NCBI GenBank assembly: GCA_963708025.1
Contig: CAVPSB010000031.1
Span: forward strand, 128,001-192,000
Direction of reading: 5' to 3'
DNA: 64,000 bases
Origin: an uncultured Candidatus Rokubacteria bacterium
GTDB taxonomy: Bacteria; Methylomirabilota; Methylomirabilia; Rokubacteriales; DASRDR01
Shown: positions 30,780-41,976 of the stretch, piece after piece
How the letters are laid out: every line of letters begins with the position of its first letter
Numbering within the stretch: position 1 is the stretch's first letter
The notes under the pieces: generated by a model
Seen by the model: the letters and a program-made list of their open reading frames with translations, nothing else
Database searches by the model: none
Told to the model about the DNA's origin: nothing
Made by a program: the position numbers and the translations under genes

Positions 30780-31526
30780 TCAGTGCGCGGACTGGGGATG
30801 CTCCGGGATGCTTCGAAACCGTCGCTCGTAGTCGTTGGCCAGCGCGCGGAGGGCGGTGGCCCCGTCACCGGCGAAGGACGAGCCGTGCATCAAGGCGAGC
30901 GTGCGCGGGCGGAGCTCGGCCAGCCGGCGGATCGTGGGCGCGGTGTCGGGGGTGAGGCAGGAGGCCCGGAACATGTCCTCGGCGGCCCCGGCCGGTCCGA
31001 CGACATCGTCGTGGGTCAAGGGCGGCCCATCGCCCACGTGGGTGAAGAGATCGCCGCAGAGCAGGGTCCCGGTCGTCTCCTCGTAAAGGACCCGCGCCTC
31101 CCAGGCGTGGGGCACGTGGGGCGTGTCGAGGTGGCGGACGCGCTTGCCGCCGAGGTCGATGACCTCACCGTCGGCCAGGGCTCGGGGCGCCCGATCGGCG
31201 AGATCGTTGAGCGACACCATGCAGCCGACGACGCCGTGGGCGACCTGAGCGCGGGGCGCGGCGGCCAGCCACTGGTTCATCGACCCGCACTCGTCGGCCT
31301 CGACGTGGCCGAAGGTGATCCACCGCAGACGCTCCAGGGGCACGACCCTGGCCGCCGCTGCCGACACGGACGCGAAGAGGCTGCGCAGGCCGCAGTGGAA
31401 GAGCAGCGGGTCGTCGGCGAGGACGAGGAACTGATTGAAGGTGAAGCCGGCGGGGGCGGCGATCTCCGGCACGAACGTGGAGAGGCGATAGATGCCGCCG
31501 GCGATCTCGGCCACTCTGGTTTCCAT
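30780..31526 (-). CDS. metallo-beta-lactamase-fold (FprA/ODP-like) protein
   Basis: FNQFL, GHVEADECG, TPHVPH.WE, CGDLF, ALMHGS. Confidence 0.88.
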   Translation of the reverse strand: METRVAEIAGGIYRLSTFVPEIAAPAGFTFNQFLVLADDPLLFHCGLRSLFASVSAAAARVVPLERLRWITFGHVEADECGSMNQWLAAAPRAQVAHGVVGCMVSLNDLADRAPRALADGEVIDLGGKRVRHLDTPHVPHAWEARVLYEETTGTLLCGDLFTHVGDGPPLTHDDVVGPAGAAEDMFRASCLTPDTAPTIRRLAELRPRTLALMHGSSFAGDGATALRALANDYERRFRSIPEHPQSAH

Positions 31527-31596
31527 CGTGCGCTGTTCCTTTCCGTCTAGCCAGGGGCGGGGTCCGCCGGGATGAGGAACTTGAGCCCCCTCCCTC

Positions 31597-32583
31597 CTAC
31601 AGGTGCACGCCCTTCATCTGGGGCTCGGGGTAGCGGGAGCCGGCGGCCGCCCCGGGCGGCATCGCCTCGTCGATCCGCTGGACGTCGCCGGGGTCCAGCC
31701 GGACGTCGAGGGCGCCCACGTTCTCATCGAGGTGCGCCCGCCGCTTGCTGCCGGGGATCGGGACGATGTCCTCGCCCCGGGCCAGGAGCCAGGCCAGGGC
31801 GAGCTGGGCGGGCCGGACGCCCTTTTCTTTGGCCATCTCCTCGATCCGCGCGACGAGCCGGGCGTTGTGCTCCAGGTTCTGCGCCTGGAAGCGGGGATGC
31901 TGGTGACGCCGGTCGCCTTCCGGGATGTCGGCCGCGGTGTGGACGGTCCCGGTCAGGAAGCTGCGTCCCAGCGGCGAGTAGGCGAAGAAGGTGATGCCCA
32001 GCTCCCGCGTGGTGGGGAGGGTCTCCTCGGCCGGGTTCCGGTAGAGGAGGGAGTACTCGCTCTGCACGGCGCTCAGCGGGTGAACGGCGTGCGCCCGCCG
32101 GATGGTGGCGGGCGCGGCCTCCGAGAGCCCCAGGTACCGCACCTTGCCCTGCTCGACCAGGCGCGCCATCGCGCCGACCGTCTCCTCGATCGGCACCTTG
32201 GGATCGACCCGGTGCTGGAAGTAGAGGTCGATCACCTCGACCCCGAGGCGCTTCAGGCTCGCGTCGCAGGCCTGACCCACGTACTCGGGCCGGCCGTTGA
32301 CGAGGTTGCCCTTGCCGTCGGGGCTCCGCACCTGGCCGAACTTGGTGGCCAGGACCGCCCGGTCCCGCCGGCCCTTCAGCGCCCGGCCGAGCAGCTCCTC
32401 GTTGTGGCCCCAGCCGTACATGTCGGAGCTGTCCAGGAAGTTGACGCCGCGATCGAGGGCCTCGTGGACCACGGCGATCGACTCGGCGTCGTCGCCCGGG
32501 CCGTAGACGCCGGACATCGACATGCAGCCCAGGCCGATGGCCGAGACGTCGAGCGAGCTGTTCCCCAGCTTTCGGTAGCGCAT
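31597..32583 (-). CDS. aldo/keto reductase
   Basis: [35 protein letters not shown]. Confidence 0.95.
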   Translation of the reverse strand: MRYRKLGNSSLDVSAIGLGCMSMSGVYGPGDDAESIAVVHEALDRGVNFLDSSDMYGWGHNEELLGRALKGRRDRAVLATKFGQVRSPDGKGNLVNGRPEYVGQACDASLKRLGVEVIDLYFQHRVDPKVPIEETVGAMARLVEQGKVRYLGLSEAAPATIRRAHAVHPLSAVQSEYSLLYRNPAEETLPTTRELGITFFAYSPLGRSFLTGTVHTAADIPEGDRRHQHPRFQAQNLEHNARLVARIEEMAKEKGVRPAQLALAWLLARGEDIVPIPGSKRRAHLDENVGALDVRLDPGDVQRIDEAMPPGAAAGSRYPEPQMKGVHL

Positions 32584-32656
32584 CGGGCTCTCCTTGCTCG
32601 TGGGATGAGGGGTGACCAGGCGCTATTGTAATCCCGTTGGAGTCCCGGAATGGGGG

Positions 32657-33745
32657 TCAGTCGGCGCGGAGCGGCTCCAGCCCCTTCCAGTCCAGCTCGA
32701 CGCCGTGGCCGGGCCGGTCGGGGGCCACCGCCACGCCGTCCCGGATCGCCAGCGGCTCCGCCATGAAGCGCTCGAGCCCGAAGCCATGGACCTCGAGGTA
32801 GGAGGCGTTGGGCACCGCGGCCAGGAGGTGCACGTGAAGGTCGTGCACGCCGTGGGAGGTGACGGGGAGGTTGCGGGCCTCCGCGAGGTGCGCGACTTTC
32901 AGCCAGACCGTGACGCCGCCGCAGTTGGACACGTCGGGCTCGGGGAACGACACCCCGCCGGCGTCGATCAGCCGCTCGAATTCGGCGAGGGTGTGGAGGT
33001 TCTCGCCGGCCGCGATCGGCAGCGCGCCGTCGCGCAGGATCCGGACGTGGCCCGTGACGTCGTCCGGGAGCGTCGGCTCCTCCAGCCAGTACACGTCGTG
33101 GGCGGCCAGGGCCCGGGAGGCGCGGATCGCCTCGTCGGCGCTCCAGCGCATGTTGGCGTCCACCATGAGCGGGGTGCCCGGCCCCAGGAGCTGGCGCATG
33201 GCCGCCACCCGCTCGAGGTCCTCGCCCAGCCGCGGCCGGCCCACCTTCATCTTGATGGCGCGGAAGCCGCGCTGGAGGTTCCCCTCGGTCTGGCGCAGGA
33301 GCCGCTCCAGCGGGAACTGGAGGTCGATCCCGCCCGCGTACGCCGGCACCCGCGGCTCGTGGCCTCCGAGGAGCCGCCAGAGCGGCAGGCCGTGGCGGCG
33401 CGCCCGCAGATCCCAGAGCGCGGTGTCGATCGCCGAGACGGCGAAGCTGGCCGGTCCGCCCCGCCCCACGTAGTGGAGCCGCCACCACATCCGCTGCCAG
33501 AGAGCCTCGATCCGCGTCTCGTCGGCGCCGGCCAGGAGCGGCGCCAGGTCCCGCGCGATCAACGCGCGGATCGCCGCGCCGCCGGCGCCTACCGTGTAGG
33601 TGTAGCCGAGCCCCTCGGCGCCGTCGTCGGCCCGGAGGCGCGCGGTGATCAGCTCGAAGTGGCTGATGTCGCCGTGGGTCGAATCCGACAGGACCGCTGG
33701 CAACGGGATCCGGTAGTGCCCGACCTCGATCGCGCCGATCGCCAT
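32657..33745 (-). CDS. mandelate racemase/muconate lactonizing enzyme family
   Basis: SAIDTALWDL, KMKVG, MVDAN, WLEEP, AAGEN. Confidence 0.93.
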   Translation of the reverse strand: MAIGAIEVGHYRIPLPAVLSDSTHGDISHFELITARLRADDGAEGLGYTYTVGAGGAAIRALIARDLAPLLAGADETRIEALWQRMWWRLHYVGRGGPASFAVSAIDTALWDLRARRHGLPLWRLLGGHEPRVPAYAGGIDLQFPLERLLRQTEGNLQRGFRAIKMKVGRPRLGEDLERVAAMRQLLGPGTPLMVDANMRWSADEAIRASRALAAHDVYWLEEPTLPDDVTGHVRILRDGALPIAAGENLHTLAEFERLIDAGGVSFPEPDVSNCGGVTVWLKVAHLAEARNLPVTSHGVHDLHVHLLAAVPNASYLEVHGFGLERFMAEPLAIRDGVAVAPDRPGHGVELDWKGLEPLRAD

Positions 33746-33822
33746 GAGTCTCCTCGGGAAACGGTCGGAACATGGAGCGGCGGTGCCACTCGCCGGACCT
33801 TATCGGCTCCGCGGGGGGAAAG

Positions 33823-33846
33823 TCAACGGGGGATCAACGGGGGATC
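33823..33846. repeat. 11-bp direct repeat in a divergent promoter region
   Basis: TCAACGGGGGA x2, overlapping a leftward TTGACT -35. Confidence 0.5.
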
Positions 33847-33997
33847 CTGGCCGATGGCTGACCACTTGTCCGGAGGGCCGGCCATCGTCTATTCTCATGC
33901 TTCCGGCACTCGGACTGGCGCCCGGGGGCCTGGATGCGGTGCTCCTGACTTACCCCGGGTAGTGAGCCCTGCGCATCGCGGAGAGGGAGTAGGGCTT

Positions 33998-34798
33998 GTG
34001 ACGATCGCCTGGGTCGGCCTCGCGTGGCGGGCGTTGCGGACGGGTCTGGCCTTCCTCATCTTCGGCGCCGGCGCACTGGTCCTGGCGTTCGGGGTCTTCC
34101 CGCTCGTGCGCCTGCTCCCCGGCGCCCCCGATCGCCGGCAGCTGAGCGCCCAGTACCTCGTTCACCTGACGTTCCGGGTCTTCGTCGCGATCATGCGGGC
34201 GCTTGGCCTGATCCGGGTGTCCGGGGTCGGAACAGAGCGGCTGGGCGCCCCGGGGGCGCGCCTCGTGGTCGCCAACCACCCGACGCTGATCGACGTCGTG
34301 CTCTTGATCGCCTGCATGCCCCAGGCGGACTGCGTGGTGAAGCAGGCCTACTGGCAGAGCCGGATCATGCGCCGCGTGGTCGCGGCCGCCGGGTACATCC
34401 CGAACGTTGACGGCGAGGACCTGGTGCGCGCGTGCGTCACCCGACTCGCTGCCGGCCGCGCGCTGCTCCTTTTTCCCGAAGGCACCCGTTCCCCCCGGAA
34501 CGGGCTGGGGCCGTTCCGCCGGGGGGTGGCCCACGTCGCGCTCCGGAGCGGGTGTGACCCGATCCCGGTGGTGATCACCTGCGATCCGCCCACGCTCATG
34601 AAGGGAACGAAGTGGTACGACGTGCCCGATCGGACGGCCGTCCTGCGCGTCGAGGTCGGCCCCCCCATCGCGGTCCGGGACGTGGCCGGCGATATTGGGG
34701 ACGAGCCGCTCGCCGCCCGGCGGATGACGGCGGCGCTCCTGGCGTTCTACGAGGACCAGCTGGGGGGAGGAGGGCGGGTCAGCCGTGCACACGCCTGA
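33998..34798 (+). CDS. lysophospholipid/glycerol acyltransferase (ApeD-like)
   Basis: ANHPTLID and FPEGTR motifs. Confidence 0.9.
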   Translation: MTIAWVGLAWRALRTGLAFLIFGAGALVLAFGVFPLVRLLPGAPDRRQLSAQYLVHLTFRVFVAIMRALGLIRVSGVGTERLGAPGARLVVANHPTLIDVVLLIACMPQADCVVKQAYWQSRIMRRVVAAAGYIPNVDGEDLVRACVTRLAAGRALLLFPEGTRSPRNGLGPFRRGVAHVALRSGCDPIPVVITCDPPTLMKGTKWYDVPDRTAVLRVEVGPPIAVRDVAGDIGDEPLAARRMTAALLAFYEDQLGGGGRVSRAHA

Positions 34799-35054
34799 GG
34801 GCCTGGAGACGGAGATCAAGCGGCTGATCATCGACGTGCTCGACCTCGAGGACATCACGCCCGACGACATCGATGCCGCCGCGCCGCTCTTCCACGAAGG
34901 GCTCGGCCTCGACTCGATCGATTCGCTCGACCTCGCCCTGGCCGTGGAGCAGCGGTACGGCGTGCACGGCAGCGACGATCCGGAAGAGAACGCCCGGCGC
35001 TTCGCCTCCGTTCGGAGCCTGGCCGCGCTGGTCGCGGCCAGCCGGACCCCATGA
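34785..35054 (+). CDS. acyl carrier protein 1 (ApeE-like)
   Basis: GLGLDSIDSLDL; FASVRSL. Confidence 0.92.
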   Translation: MHTPEGLETEIKRLIIDVLDLEDITPDDIDAAAPLFHEGLGLDSIDSLDLALAVEQRYGVHGSDDPEENARRFASVRSLAALVAASRTP

Positions 35055-35064
35055 GTCGGACGTG

Positions 35065-35334
35065 ATGGGGACGGGGACACCAGTCTCCAGGGAGGAGATC
35101 TTCCGGAAGCTCCGCGACGTGCTGACCAGTCGCTTCGAGCTCGACCCGGATCGGATCGTCCCCACGGCCCACCTGGTCGAGGATCTCGACCTGGACAGCA
35201 TCGACTGGATCGACCTGGCCGTGCAGCTCGAGCAGGATACCGGCCACAAGCTGGCGGAGTCGGAGCTGACCGCGATGCGAACCGTCCAGGATGTCGTCGA
35301 GGTGTTGCACCGCAAGCTCTCGGGCTCCGCTTGA
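35065..35334 (+). CDS. acyl carrier protein 2 (ApeF-like)
   Basis: DLDLDSIDWIDL; RTVQDVV. Confidence 0.9.
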   Translation: MGTGTPVSREEIFRKLRDVLTSRFELDPDRIVPTAHLVEDLDLDSIDWIDLAVQLEQDTGHKLAESELTAMRTVQDVVEVLHRKLSGSA

Positions 35335-35942
35335 AGGTCCTGGTTGTCCTCCTCGGCCTCGGATATCCCTTCCTGGTGTATCTGGGGCTGTCGGTCCTGG
35401 GGCCGCGGACCCTCGCCCTGGTGCTGGGCGGCGTGCTGGCGCTGCGTCTGGCGTTCACCTGGCGCCGGGCGGGGCGGCGGGACCTGGTGAGCCTGGGGTT
35501 CCTGGCCGGGCTGATCGGGGCCGTCCTGGGGCTGGCGGCCGTGTTCAACGAGCAGCGGTTCCTGCTGTTCGCGCCGGTGGCGGTCAACCTCGCGCTGCTG
35601 GTGGCCTTCGCCCGCACCCTGCCCGACGGGCCGTCGATGGTCGAGACGTTCGCCCGCCTCCAGGGCCACACGCTGTCCGAGGCGAAGGTCCGCTACTGCC
35701 GCCACGTCACGGAAGCCTGGTGCGCGTTCTTCGTCGCCAACGCGGCCGTGATCGCCTGGCTGGCGCTGACCGCCCGCGTCGTCGCGTGGACCGTCTACGC
35801 CGGGGTGATCGCTTACGGGCTCGTCGGCATCGGCTTCGTCGTCGAGCGCGGCTACCGGGCCTGGCGCTTCCGCGACTACCGGGACGGCGTCGGTGACGCC
35901 ATCATGCAGCGGATCTTCCCGCCCCGCGAGGTCCCGCCGTGA
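35331..35942 (+). CDS. COG4648-type membrane protein (ApeG-like)
   Basis: YPFLVY, PSMVETFARL, YCRHVT.AWC.FF..N, WTVYAG. Confidence 0.85.
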   Translation: MKVLVVLLGLGYPFLVYLGLSVLGPRTLALVLGGVLALRLAFTWRRAGRRDLVSLGFLAGLIGAVLGLAAVFNEQRFLLFAPVAVNLALLVAFARTLPDGPSMVETFARLQGHTLSEAKVRYCRHVTEAWCAFFVANAAVIAWLALTARVVAWTVYAGVIAYGLVGIGFVVERGYRAWRFRDYRDGVGDAIMQRIFPPREVPP

Positions 35943-37798
35943 GCGAGTTCCTGCGGCTCTCGCGGGTCACGGCCGCGTCGCGGCCCCCGGAGCTCGCGGT
36001 GGCGGTGCGGGGGGGCCGCCCGCTTCCCTGGTCCACGCTGGTGGCCGACGTGGGGAGGCTCGCGACCGCACTGGAGGCCCGGGGCGGCGGCGCCTGGCTC
36101 CTGTTCGCCGAGGACTGCTACGCCTTCACGGTCGGCCTGCTGGCGATCTGGCAGGCGGGAGGGACGGCCGTGGTTCCGCCGAACGACCAGCCGGGAACGG
36201 TCGCCAGCCTGGGGGAGGGACTCCAGGGCCTCGTGGGCGATCGGTCGCTCGCGGCGCCGGGGCTGCCGGCGCTCGACCCGCTCGCGGCCGGCGACGTGCC
36301 CGCGTGGGAGTGGCGTCCGCTCGCCGAGGACGTCCCGCGGCTCTTGCTCTGCACCTCGGGGACGACCGGCGCCCGCAAGGCGATTCCGAAGACGCTGGCG
36401 CACCTGGCCGACGAGGTCGAGGGGCTCGAGGAGCGCTGGGGCGCGCGGCTCGCCGGGCGGCCCGTGTTCGCGACGGTGTCCCACCACCACATCTACGGCC
36501 TGCTCTTCCGACTCCTCTGGCCGCTGTGCGCGGGGCGGCCCTTCGTGTCGGAGGTCTATTCCCACGCCGATGAGCTCGTGCCGCGCTTGCGGGCGGCCGG
36601 CCGCGCCACGCTGGTGAGCGCCCCCGTTCACCTCCGGCGCCTCCGGCAATCGCGGGACTTCCGGGCGCTCGGCAATGCCTGCCAGCCAGTGTTCTCGTCG
36701 GGGGGGCCGCTCGACGAGGAGACCGCTGACGCCCTGCTGGACGCCCTGGGCGAGGCCCCCATCGAGGTGTTCGGCTCGACCGAGACGGGGGGTGTCGCCT
36801 GGCGGCAGCAGTCGCGAGACCCCTCCCGGCTGGCCTGGACTCCGTTTCCCCGGGTCGAGGTGAGCGCGGAGCCCGACGAGAGCCGGCTGGTGGTGCGGTC
36901 GCCGTTCGTGAGCCTGGAGGCGCCGGCCATTCACTTCATCATGAGTGACCGGGCCGACGCCTGGCCGGACGGTCGCTTCCTGCTGCTCGGCCGTGGCGAC
37001 CGCATCGTCAAGGTCGGCGAGGCGCGGGTCTCGCTTCTCGAGATGGAGGCGCGACTCCGCGAGCACCCCTGGGTGGCCGATGCGGGGCTGACACTGCTGC
37101 ACCGCGGACCCGAGGCCCGGATCGCGGCGGTCGCCGTGCTGACCCCGGGCGGTCGCGAGGCCCTGGCGCGGGAAGGGCGGGGCCCCGTCGGGACCATGCT
37201 CCGACACCATCTCGGGCTGCACTGGAGCGCCGCGCTGCTGCCGCGCGTCTGGCGGTACGTCGATCGACTCCCCGAGGACGCGCAGGGCAAGGTCTCGACC
37301 GCGGCGCTCCGCGCGCTCGTGTCGCCCATGGACGACCGGTCCGTGGTCTCGGCGGAGCTGATCGAGGAGCGGCGCGATGACCGGGTCTGCGAGCGCGCCC
37401 TGCGGGTGCCGCTCGACCTCGCCACGCTGGAGGGGCACTTCCCCGGGTTCCCGGTCGTGCCCGGCGTGGTCCAGGTCCAGTGGGCGCTGGAGGCAGCCCG
37501 CGCGCTGGCCGGCCTCGACCTCCAACTCGCCGCGTTCGACGTGCTCCGGTTCAAGAGCCTGCTGCGGCCCGGCCAGACCTTCCGCCTGCGGGTGGAGCTG
37601 TCTGAGAGCGGCGAGGCGCTGAGATCTTCGGGACCTCCCTCCCACCCCCCCGGCCCCCCTCCCCCACCCACTGGGGGGAGGGGGGAGGTGGAGGCCCCGA
37701 TTCATTCACACGTCTTGACCTTCCGCCTGTGGAACGGGATCACGGTATTCTCGTCCGGCCGGGCGCGGGTCGCCCGGCCGAAGGCGCCCGCGTGGTGA
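35939..37798 (+). CDS. AMP-binding acyl ligase fused to hot-dog dehydratase (ApeH-ApeI-like)
   Basis: TSGTTG..K, HHIYGLLF, FGSTETGG, GRGDRIVK; C-terminal GHFPGFPVVPGVVQ. Confidence 0.88.
   Translation: MSEFLRLSRVTAASRPPELAVAVRGGRPLPWSTLVADVGRLATALEARGGGAWLLFAEDCYAFTVGLLAIWQAGGTAVVPPNDQPGTVASLGEGLQGLVGDRSLAAPGLPALDPLAAGDVPAWEWRPLAEDVPRLLLCTSGTTGARKAIPKTLAHLADEVEGLEERWGARLAGRPVFATVSHHHIYGLLFRLLWPLCAGRPFVSEVYSHADELVPRLRAAGRATLVSAPVHLRRLRQSRDFRALGNACQPVFSSGGPLDEETADALLDALGEAPIEVFGSTETGGVAWRQQSRDPSRLAWTPFPRVEVSAEPDESRLVVRSPFVSLEAPAIHFIMSDRADAWPDGRFLLLGRGDRIVKVGEARVSLLEMEARLREHPWVADAGLTLLHRGPEARIAAVAVLTPGGREALAREGRGPVGTMLRHHLGLHWSAALLPRVWRYVDRLPEDAQGKVSTAALRALVSPMDDRSVVSAELIEERRDDRVCERALRVPLDLATLEGHFPGFPVVPGVVQVQWALEAARALAGLDLQLAAFDVLRFKSLLRPGQTFRLRVELSESGEALRSSGPPSHPPGPPPPPTGGRGEVEAPIHSHVLTFRLWNGITVFSSGRARVARPKAPAW
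37628..37700. repeat. nested palindromic element inserted in frame
   Basis: TCGGGACCTCC...GGAGGCCCCGA outer arms; inner CCCCCCTCCCCCA/TGGGGGGAGGGGGG hairpin. Confidence 0.6.
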
Positions 37799-38532
37799 AC
37801 CCCTGCCTCCTCATCCCCATCTACAACCACGGGGGGACGATCGGCGGGGTCCTCGACCGGCTGGAGCCGATGGGACTGCCGTGCCTCGTGGTCGACGACG
37901 GGAGCGACGCGCCGACCCAGGCGGTGCTGGCCGATCTCGCCCGCCGCTTCGCCTGGCTGCGACTCGATCGCCTGCCGCGGAATCGCGGGCGGGGCGCCGC
38001 GCTCCGGCACGGCTACCTCTTGGCGGCCCGGCTCCACTTCACCCACGCGGTTCAGCTGGACGCCGACGGGCAGCATGACCCCGCCGACGTGCCGCGGCTC
38101 CTGGCGGCGGCGCGCGACCGGCCCGAGGCGCTCGTCCTCGGCGTGCCGGTCTTCGAGGGCCCGGTGCCCGCGAGCCGCCGGTACGGCCGCCTCCTGTCGT
38201 GCTTCTGGGTGTGGATCGAGACGCTCTCCCTGGACGTCCGCGATCCCCTCTGCGGCTTCCGCTGCCTGCCGCTGGCCCCGACCGTCGCGCTGCTGGCCCG
38301 GACGCCGCTCGGCGACCGGATGGAGTTCGATCCGGAGATCGTGGTCCGGCTGATGTGGGCCGCCGTCCCGGTGGTGAGCGTCCCCGTCCGCGTCCGCTAC
38401 TTCCCCGAGGGCGTCTCGCACTTCCGGCTGGTCCGTGACAACGCGCTGATCAGCTGGGCCCACACCCGCCTGGTGCTGGGCATGCTCCGCCGGCTGCCCG
38501 GGCGGCTCGTCGGGCACCGCGTCGCGTCATGA
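37795..38532 (+). CDS. glycosyltransferase family 2 (ApeJ N-half-like)
   Basis: LIPIYNH, VVDDGS, QLDADGQH, CGFR, RMEFDPE, SHF. Confidence 0.9.
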   Translation: MNPCLLIPIYNHGGTIGGVLDRLEPMGLPCLVVDDGSDAPTQAVLADLARRFAWLRLDRLPRNRGRGAALRHGYLLAARLHFTHAVQLDADGQHDPADVPRLLAAARDRPEALVLGVPVFEGPVPASRRYGRLLSCFWVWIETLSLDVRDPLCGFRCLPLAPTVALLARTPLGDRMEFDPEIVVRLMWAAVPVVSVPVRVRYFPEGVSHFRLVRDNALISWAHTRLVLGMLRRLPGRLVGHRVAS

Positions 38533-39470
38533 GCCGGCGCCGGCACTGGAGCGCGGTGGCGGAGCGCGGCTCGATCGCCGGCATGCGGCTCACCGTCTGG
38601 ATCCACCGGCGGTTCGGCCAGCGGCTCACGTCCCTGTTCGTGCTGCCCATCGTGGTCTACTTCTTCGTGACGGACGCCCGCGGACGCCGCGCGTCGCAAC
38701 GCTACCTCCAGCGGCTGGCGACGTGGGCCGGACCGGAGTCGCCGGTGCCGCGGTCGCCCCGCCTGCGACACGCCTTCCGGCACTACTGGGAGTTCGCGCT
38801 GTCGATCCTCGATCGCCTCAGCCTGTGGTCGGGCCACGGCGAGGGGTTCGACATCCGGTTCCACGGGCGCGATCACTTCTCGACGTTGATCGAGGCCAAG
38901 CGCGGCGCCATCCTGCTGGGCGCCCACCTGGGGAGCTTCGACGTCCTCCGGGCGCTGGGCGCGCAGTGTGCGGTCCGGGTGAACGTGCTCATGTCCCGGG
39001 CCCACGCCTCCCGGATCAACGCAGTACTGCGGGAGCTCCATCCTGGCGTCGACCTGCACGTGATCGAGTTCCAGCCGGGCTCGAGCGGCCCCCTGTTCGC
39101 GATGAAGGCGTGTCTGGAGCGCGGGGAGTTCGTGGCGATCCTCGCCGACCGGGTCGGCGCCGCGCCCCGGGCCCGAAGCGTCCCGGTGCGATTCCTCGGG
39201 CACCCGGCGGCGTTTCCGGCGGGACCCTTCGTCCTGGCCAGCCGGCTCGGGTGCCCGGTGCTGCTCGTGGTCGCGCTCCGCCGGGGCCCCCGGACGTACG
39301 AGGTGTTCGCGGAGCCCTTCACGGACCGCGTGGAGCGGCGGCCGGGAACGCGCACCGGCGGGCTCGACGAGGTGGTGGAGGCGTACGCGCGCCGGCTGGA
39401 AAGCTACTGCCTCCGCGCGCCGTATCAGTGGTTCAACTTCCACGACGTCTGGGACGGGGAGGGGGCATGA
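38529..39470 (+). CDS. LpxL/LpxP-type acyltransferase (ApeJ C-half-like)
   Basis: [28 protein letters not shown]. Confidence 0.88.
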   Translation: MSRRRHWSAVAERGSIAGMRLTVWIHRRFGQRLTSLFVLPIVVYFFVTDARGRRASQRYLQRLATWAGPESPVPRSPRLRHAFRHYWEFALSILDRLSLWSGHGEGFDIRFHGRDHFSTLIEAKRGAILLGAHLGSFDVLRALGAQCAVRVNVLMSRAHASRINAVLRELHPGVDLHVIEFQPGSSGPLFAMKACLERGEFVAILADRVGAAPRARSVPVRFLGHPAAFPAGPFVLASRLGCPVLLVVALRRGPRTYEVFAEPFTDRVERRPGTRTGGLDEVVEAYARRLESYCLRAPYQWFNFHDVWDGEGA

Positions 39471-39940
39471 CGACGGACGCGCCCGCCTTCCCCCCGATCG
39501 AGGACGTGCTGCCCCACCGGGCGCCCATGATGCTGCTCGATGCGATCGTGGCGCACGACCCCACCGGGACCGCGTGCGTCGTGCGGATCGGCGAGACGTC
39601 GCTGCTCGGCCCCCCGGGGGGCCCGGTTCCCGCCTGGGTCGGCCTCGAGTACATGGCGCAGTGCATCGCGGCTCACGCGGGACTCCTCGCCCGGGCCGAG
39701 GGACGGGGACCGGCCATCGGCTTCCTGATCGGCGCCCGGGACCTGGAATTCCACTCGGCGGGCTACGCGCCGGGCCAGGTCCTCGAGGTGTCGGCGCGGC
39801 GCCTCTGGGGCGAGGGCAGCCTGGGGGCGTTCGCGTGCGCGCTGCGCGACGCCGCCACCGGCGCCGTGCTGGCCGAGGGCACCGTGAACGCGTTCCTGCC
39901 GCGACGCCTCGACGAGCCGGCCCCGGACCCGCCGCCGTGA
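39467..39940 (+). CDS. hot-dog dehydratase (ApeP-like)
   Basis: [26 protein letters not shown]. Confidence 0.9.
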   Translation: MTTDAPAFPPIEDVLPHRAPMMLLDAIVAHDPTGTACVVRIGETSLLGPPGGPVPAWVGLEYMAQCIAAHAGLLARAEGRGPAIGFLIGARDLEFHSAGYAPGQVLEVSARRLWGEGSLGAFACALRDAATGAVLAEGTVNAFLPRRLDEPAPDPPP

Positions 39941-40662
39941 GCCGGCAAGTCCTGGTGACGGGCGCCAGCCGCGGCATCGGGCGCGCGATCGCCGTCGAGA
40001 TGGCCCGGGCCGGCTTCCAGGTCGTCATCGGCTACCACGTGAACACGACGGCGGCCGAGGAGACCGGCCGGCTCGTCGCCGTCGCCGGCCGCCCGGCCCG
40101 GGCGCTGCGCTTCGACGTCGCCCGGCGGGACGACTGCGAGGCGGTCCTGGCCGCGGACGTGGCCGAGCACGGCGCCTACTGGGGGATCGTCTGCAACGCG
40201 GGCATCCACGCGGACGCGCCGTTCCCCGCGCTCTCCGGCGACGCCTGGGACCGCGTGATCCGGACGAACCTGGACGGCTTCTACAACGTGCTGCGGCCGC
40301 TGGTGATGCCGATGGTCCGGGCCCGACAGGGCGGACGCATCGTGACCATCTCCTCGATCGCGGGACTGGTCGGCAACCGGGGCCAGGTCAACTACAGCGC
40401 GGCCAAGGCCGGCCTGATCGGCGCCACCCGGGCGCTCGCCCAGGAGCTGGCCAAGCGCCGGATCACCGTGAACAGCGTCGCGCCCGGCCTGATCGACACG
40501 GAGATGCTCGCCGGCATCCCGGTGGAGGAGGTGGTCAAGCGGATTCCCATGCGACGGCTGGGGACGCCGGAGGAGGTGGCGGCGACGGTCGCCTTTCTCT
40601 GCTCGGATGCCGCCGGGTACATCACCGGCCAGGTGATCTCGGTGAACGGCGGTCTGGCGTGA
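39937..40662 (+). CDS. fabG: 3-oxoacyl-ACP reductase (ApeQ-like)
   Basis: [24 protein letters not shown]. Confidence 0.92.
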   Translation: MSRQVLVTGASRGIGRAIAVEMARAGFQVVIGYHVNTTAAEETGRLVAVAGRPARALRFDVARRDDCEAVLAADVAEHGAYWGIVCNAGIHADAPFPALSGDAWDRVIRTNLDGFYNVLRPLVMPMVRARQGGRIVTISSIAGLVGNRGQVNYSAAKAGLIGATRALAQELAKRRITVNSVAPGLIDTEMLAGIPVEEVVKRIPMRRLGTPEEVAATVAFLCSDAAGYITGQVISVNGGLA

Positions 40663-41909
40663 CACGCCGGGTCGTGGTCACCGGGATGGGCGGCGTCTGC
40701 CCGCTCGGGGAGGGCTGGACGTCGGTGCGGGAGAAGCTGCGCGCCGGGACCTCGGGTGTCGTGTCGATGCCGGAGTGGGCCAAGTACGACGGTCTGGGGA
40801 CGCGGCTCGCGGCGGCGGTGCCGGACTTCGTGACGCCCAAGCACTACCCGCGGCAGAAGATCCGCACCATGGGGCGGGTGGCGCTCCTCGCCACCCGGGC
40901 CAGCGAGCTGGCGCTCGAGGATGCCGGCCTGCTGGGAGCGCCGGAGCTGGGCGACGGCTCGGTCGGGGTGGCGTACGGGTCGACGTCGGGCAGCCCGCCG
41001 GCGATGGAGGTTTACGCCCGCCAGGTGTGGGCGAACCACACGACCCGGGGGATCGCCGCCACCGACTACGTCCGGTTCATGAGCCACACCTGCGCGGCGA
41101 ACCTCGCGCTCTTCTTCGGGTTGCGGGGCCGGATCATCCCGACCAGCAGCGCCTGCACGTCGGGCAGCCAGGGGATCGGCTACGGGTACGAGGCCATCCG
41201 GTTCGGCCGTCAGGCGATGATGCTGACGGGAGGCGCCGAGGAGCTTCACGTCATCGACGCCGCGGTGTTCGACATCATGTACGCGACGTCGACGCGGAAC
41301 GACGAGCCGGCGCGCAGCCCGCGTCCCTTCGACGTCGGGCGCGACGGGCTGGTGGTCGGCGAGGGCGCCGGCACCCTCATCCTGGAGGACCTCGGGCACG
41401 CCCGGGCGCGGGGCGCGCGGATCCACGCGGAGGTCGTCGGCTTCGGCACGAACTGCGATGGGCGCCACATCACGAATCCGGACGCCGAGGGCATGCAGCG
41501 GGTGATGGAGCTCGCCCTGGCCGACGCCGGCGTGGAGCCGTCGGCCATCGGGTACGTCAATGCCCACGGCACCGCCACGAAGCTGGGGGACGTCGCGGAA
41601 AGCCTCGCCATGCACCGGGTCTTCGGCCCGGCGGTGCCGGTGAGCTCGCTGAAGAGCTACCTCGGTCACACGCTCGGCGCCTGCGGGGCGCTCGAGGCGT
41701 GGCTCACCATCGCGATGATGCGCGAGGGCTGGTTCGCGCCCACCATCAACCTGGAGACGGTGGACCCGCAATGCGCGCCGCTCGACTACATCCAGGGCGC
41801 GCCGCGCGCGCTGGATGTGGAGTACGTCATGAGCAACAACTTCGCGTTCGGGGGCGTCAACACCTCCCTGGTGTTTCGCCGGTGGATCGAAGGCGAGGGG
41901 GCCGCCTGA
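40659..41909 (+). CDS. beta-ketoacyl-ACP synthase (ApeR-like)
   Basis: [38 protein letters not shown]. Confidence 0.93.
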   Translation: MTRRVVVTGMGGVCPLGEGWTSVREKLRAGTSGVVSMPEWAKYDGLGTRLAAAVPDFVTPKHYPRQKIRTMGRVALLATRASELALEDAGLLGAPELGDGSVGVAYGSTSGSPPAMEVYARQVWANHTTRGIAATDYVRFMSHTCAANLALFFGLRGRIIPTSSACTSGSQGIGYGYEAIRFGRQAMMLTGGAEELHVIDAAVFDIMYATSTRNDEPARSPRPFDVGRDGLVVGEGAGTLILEDLGHARARGARIHAEVVGFGTNCDGRHITNPDAEGMQRVMELALADAGVEPSAIGYVNAHGTATKLGDVAESLAMHRVFGPAVPVSSLKSYLGHTLGACGALEAWLTIAMMREGWFAPTINLETVDPQCAPLDYIQGAPRALDVEYVMSNNFAFGGVNTSLVFRRWIEGEGAA

Positions 41910-41976
41910 TGCGGCGGGGGGTCACGAGGACCCGACAGCCCGGCTCATGACCGGGACCCGTGAACGGGAGGACCAC

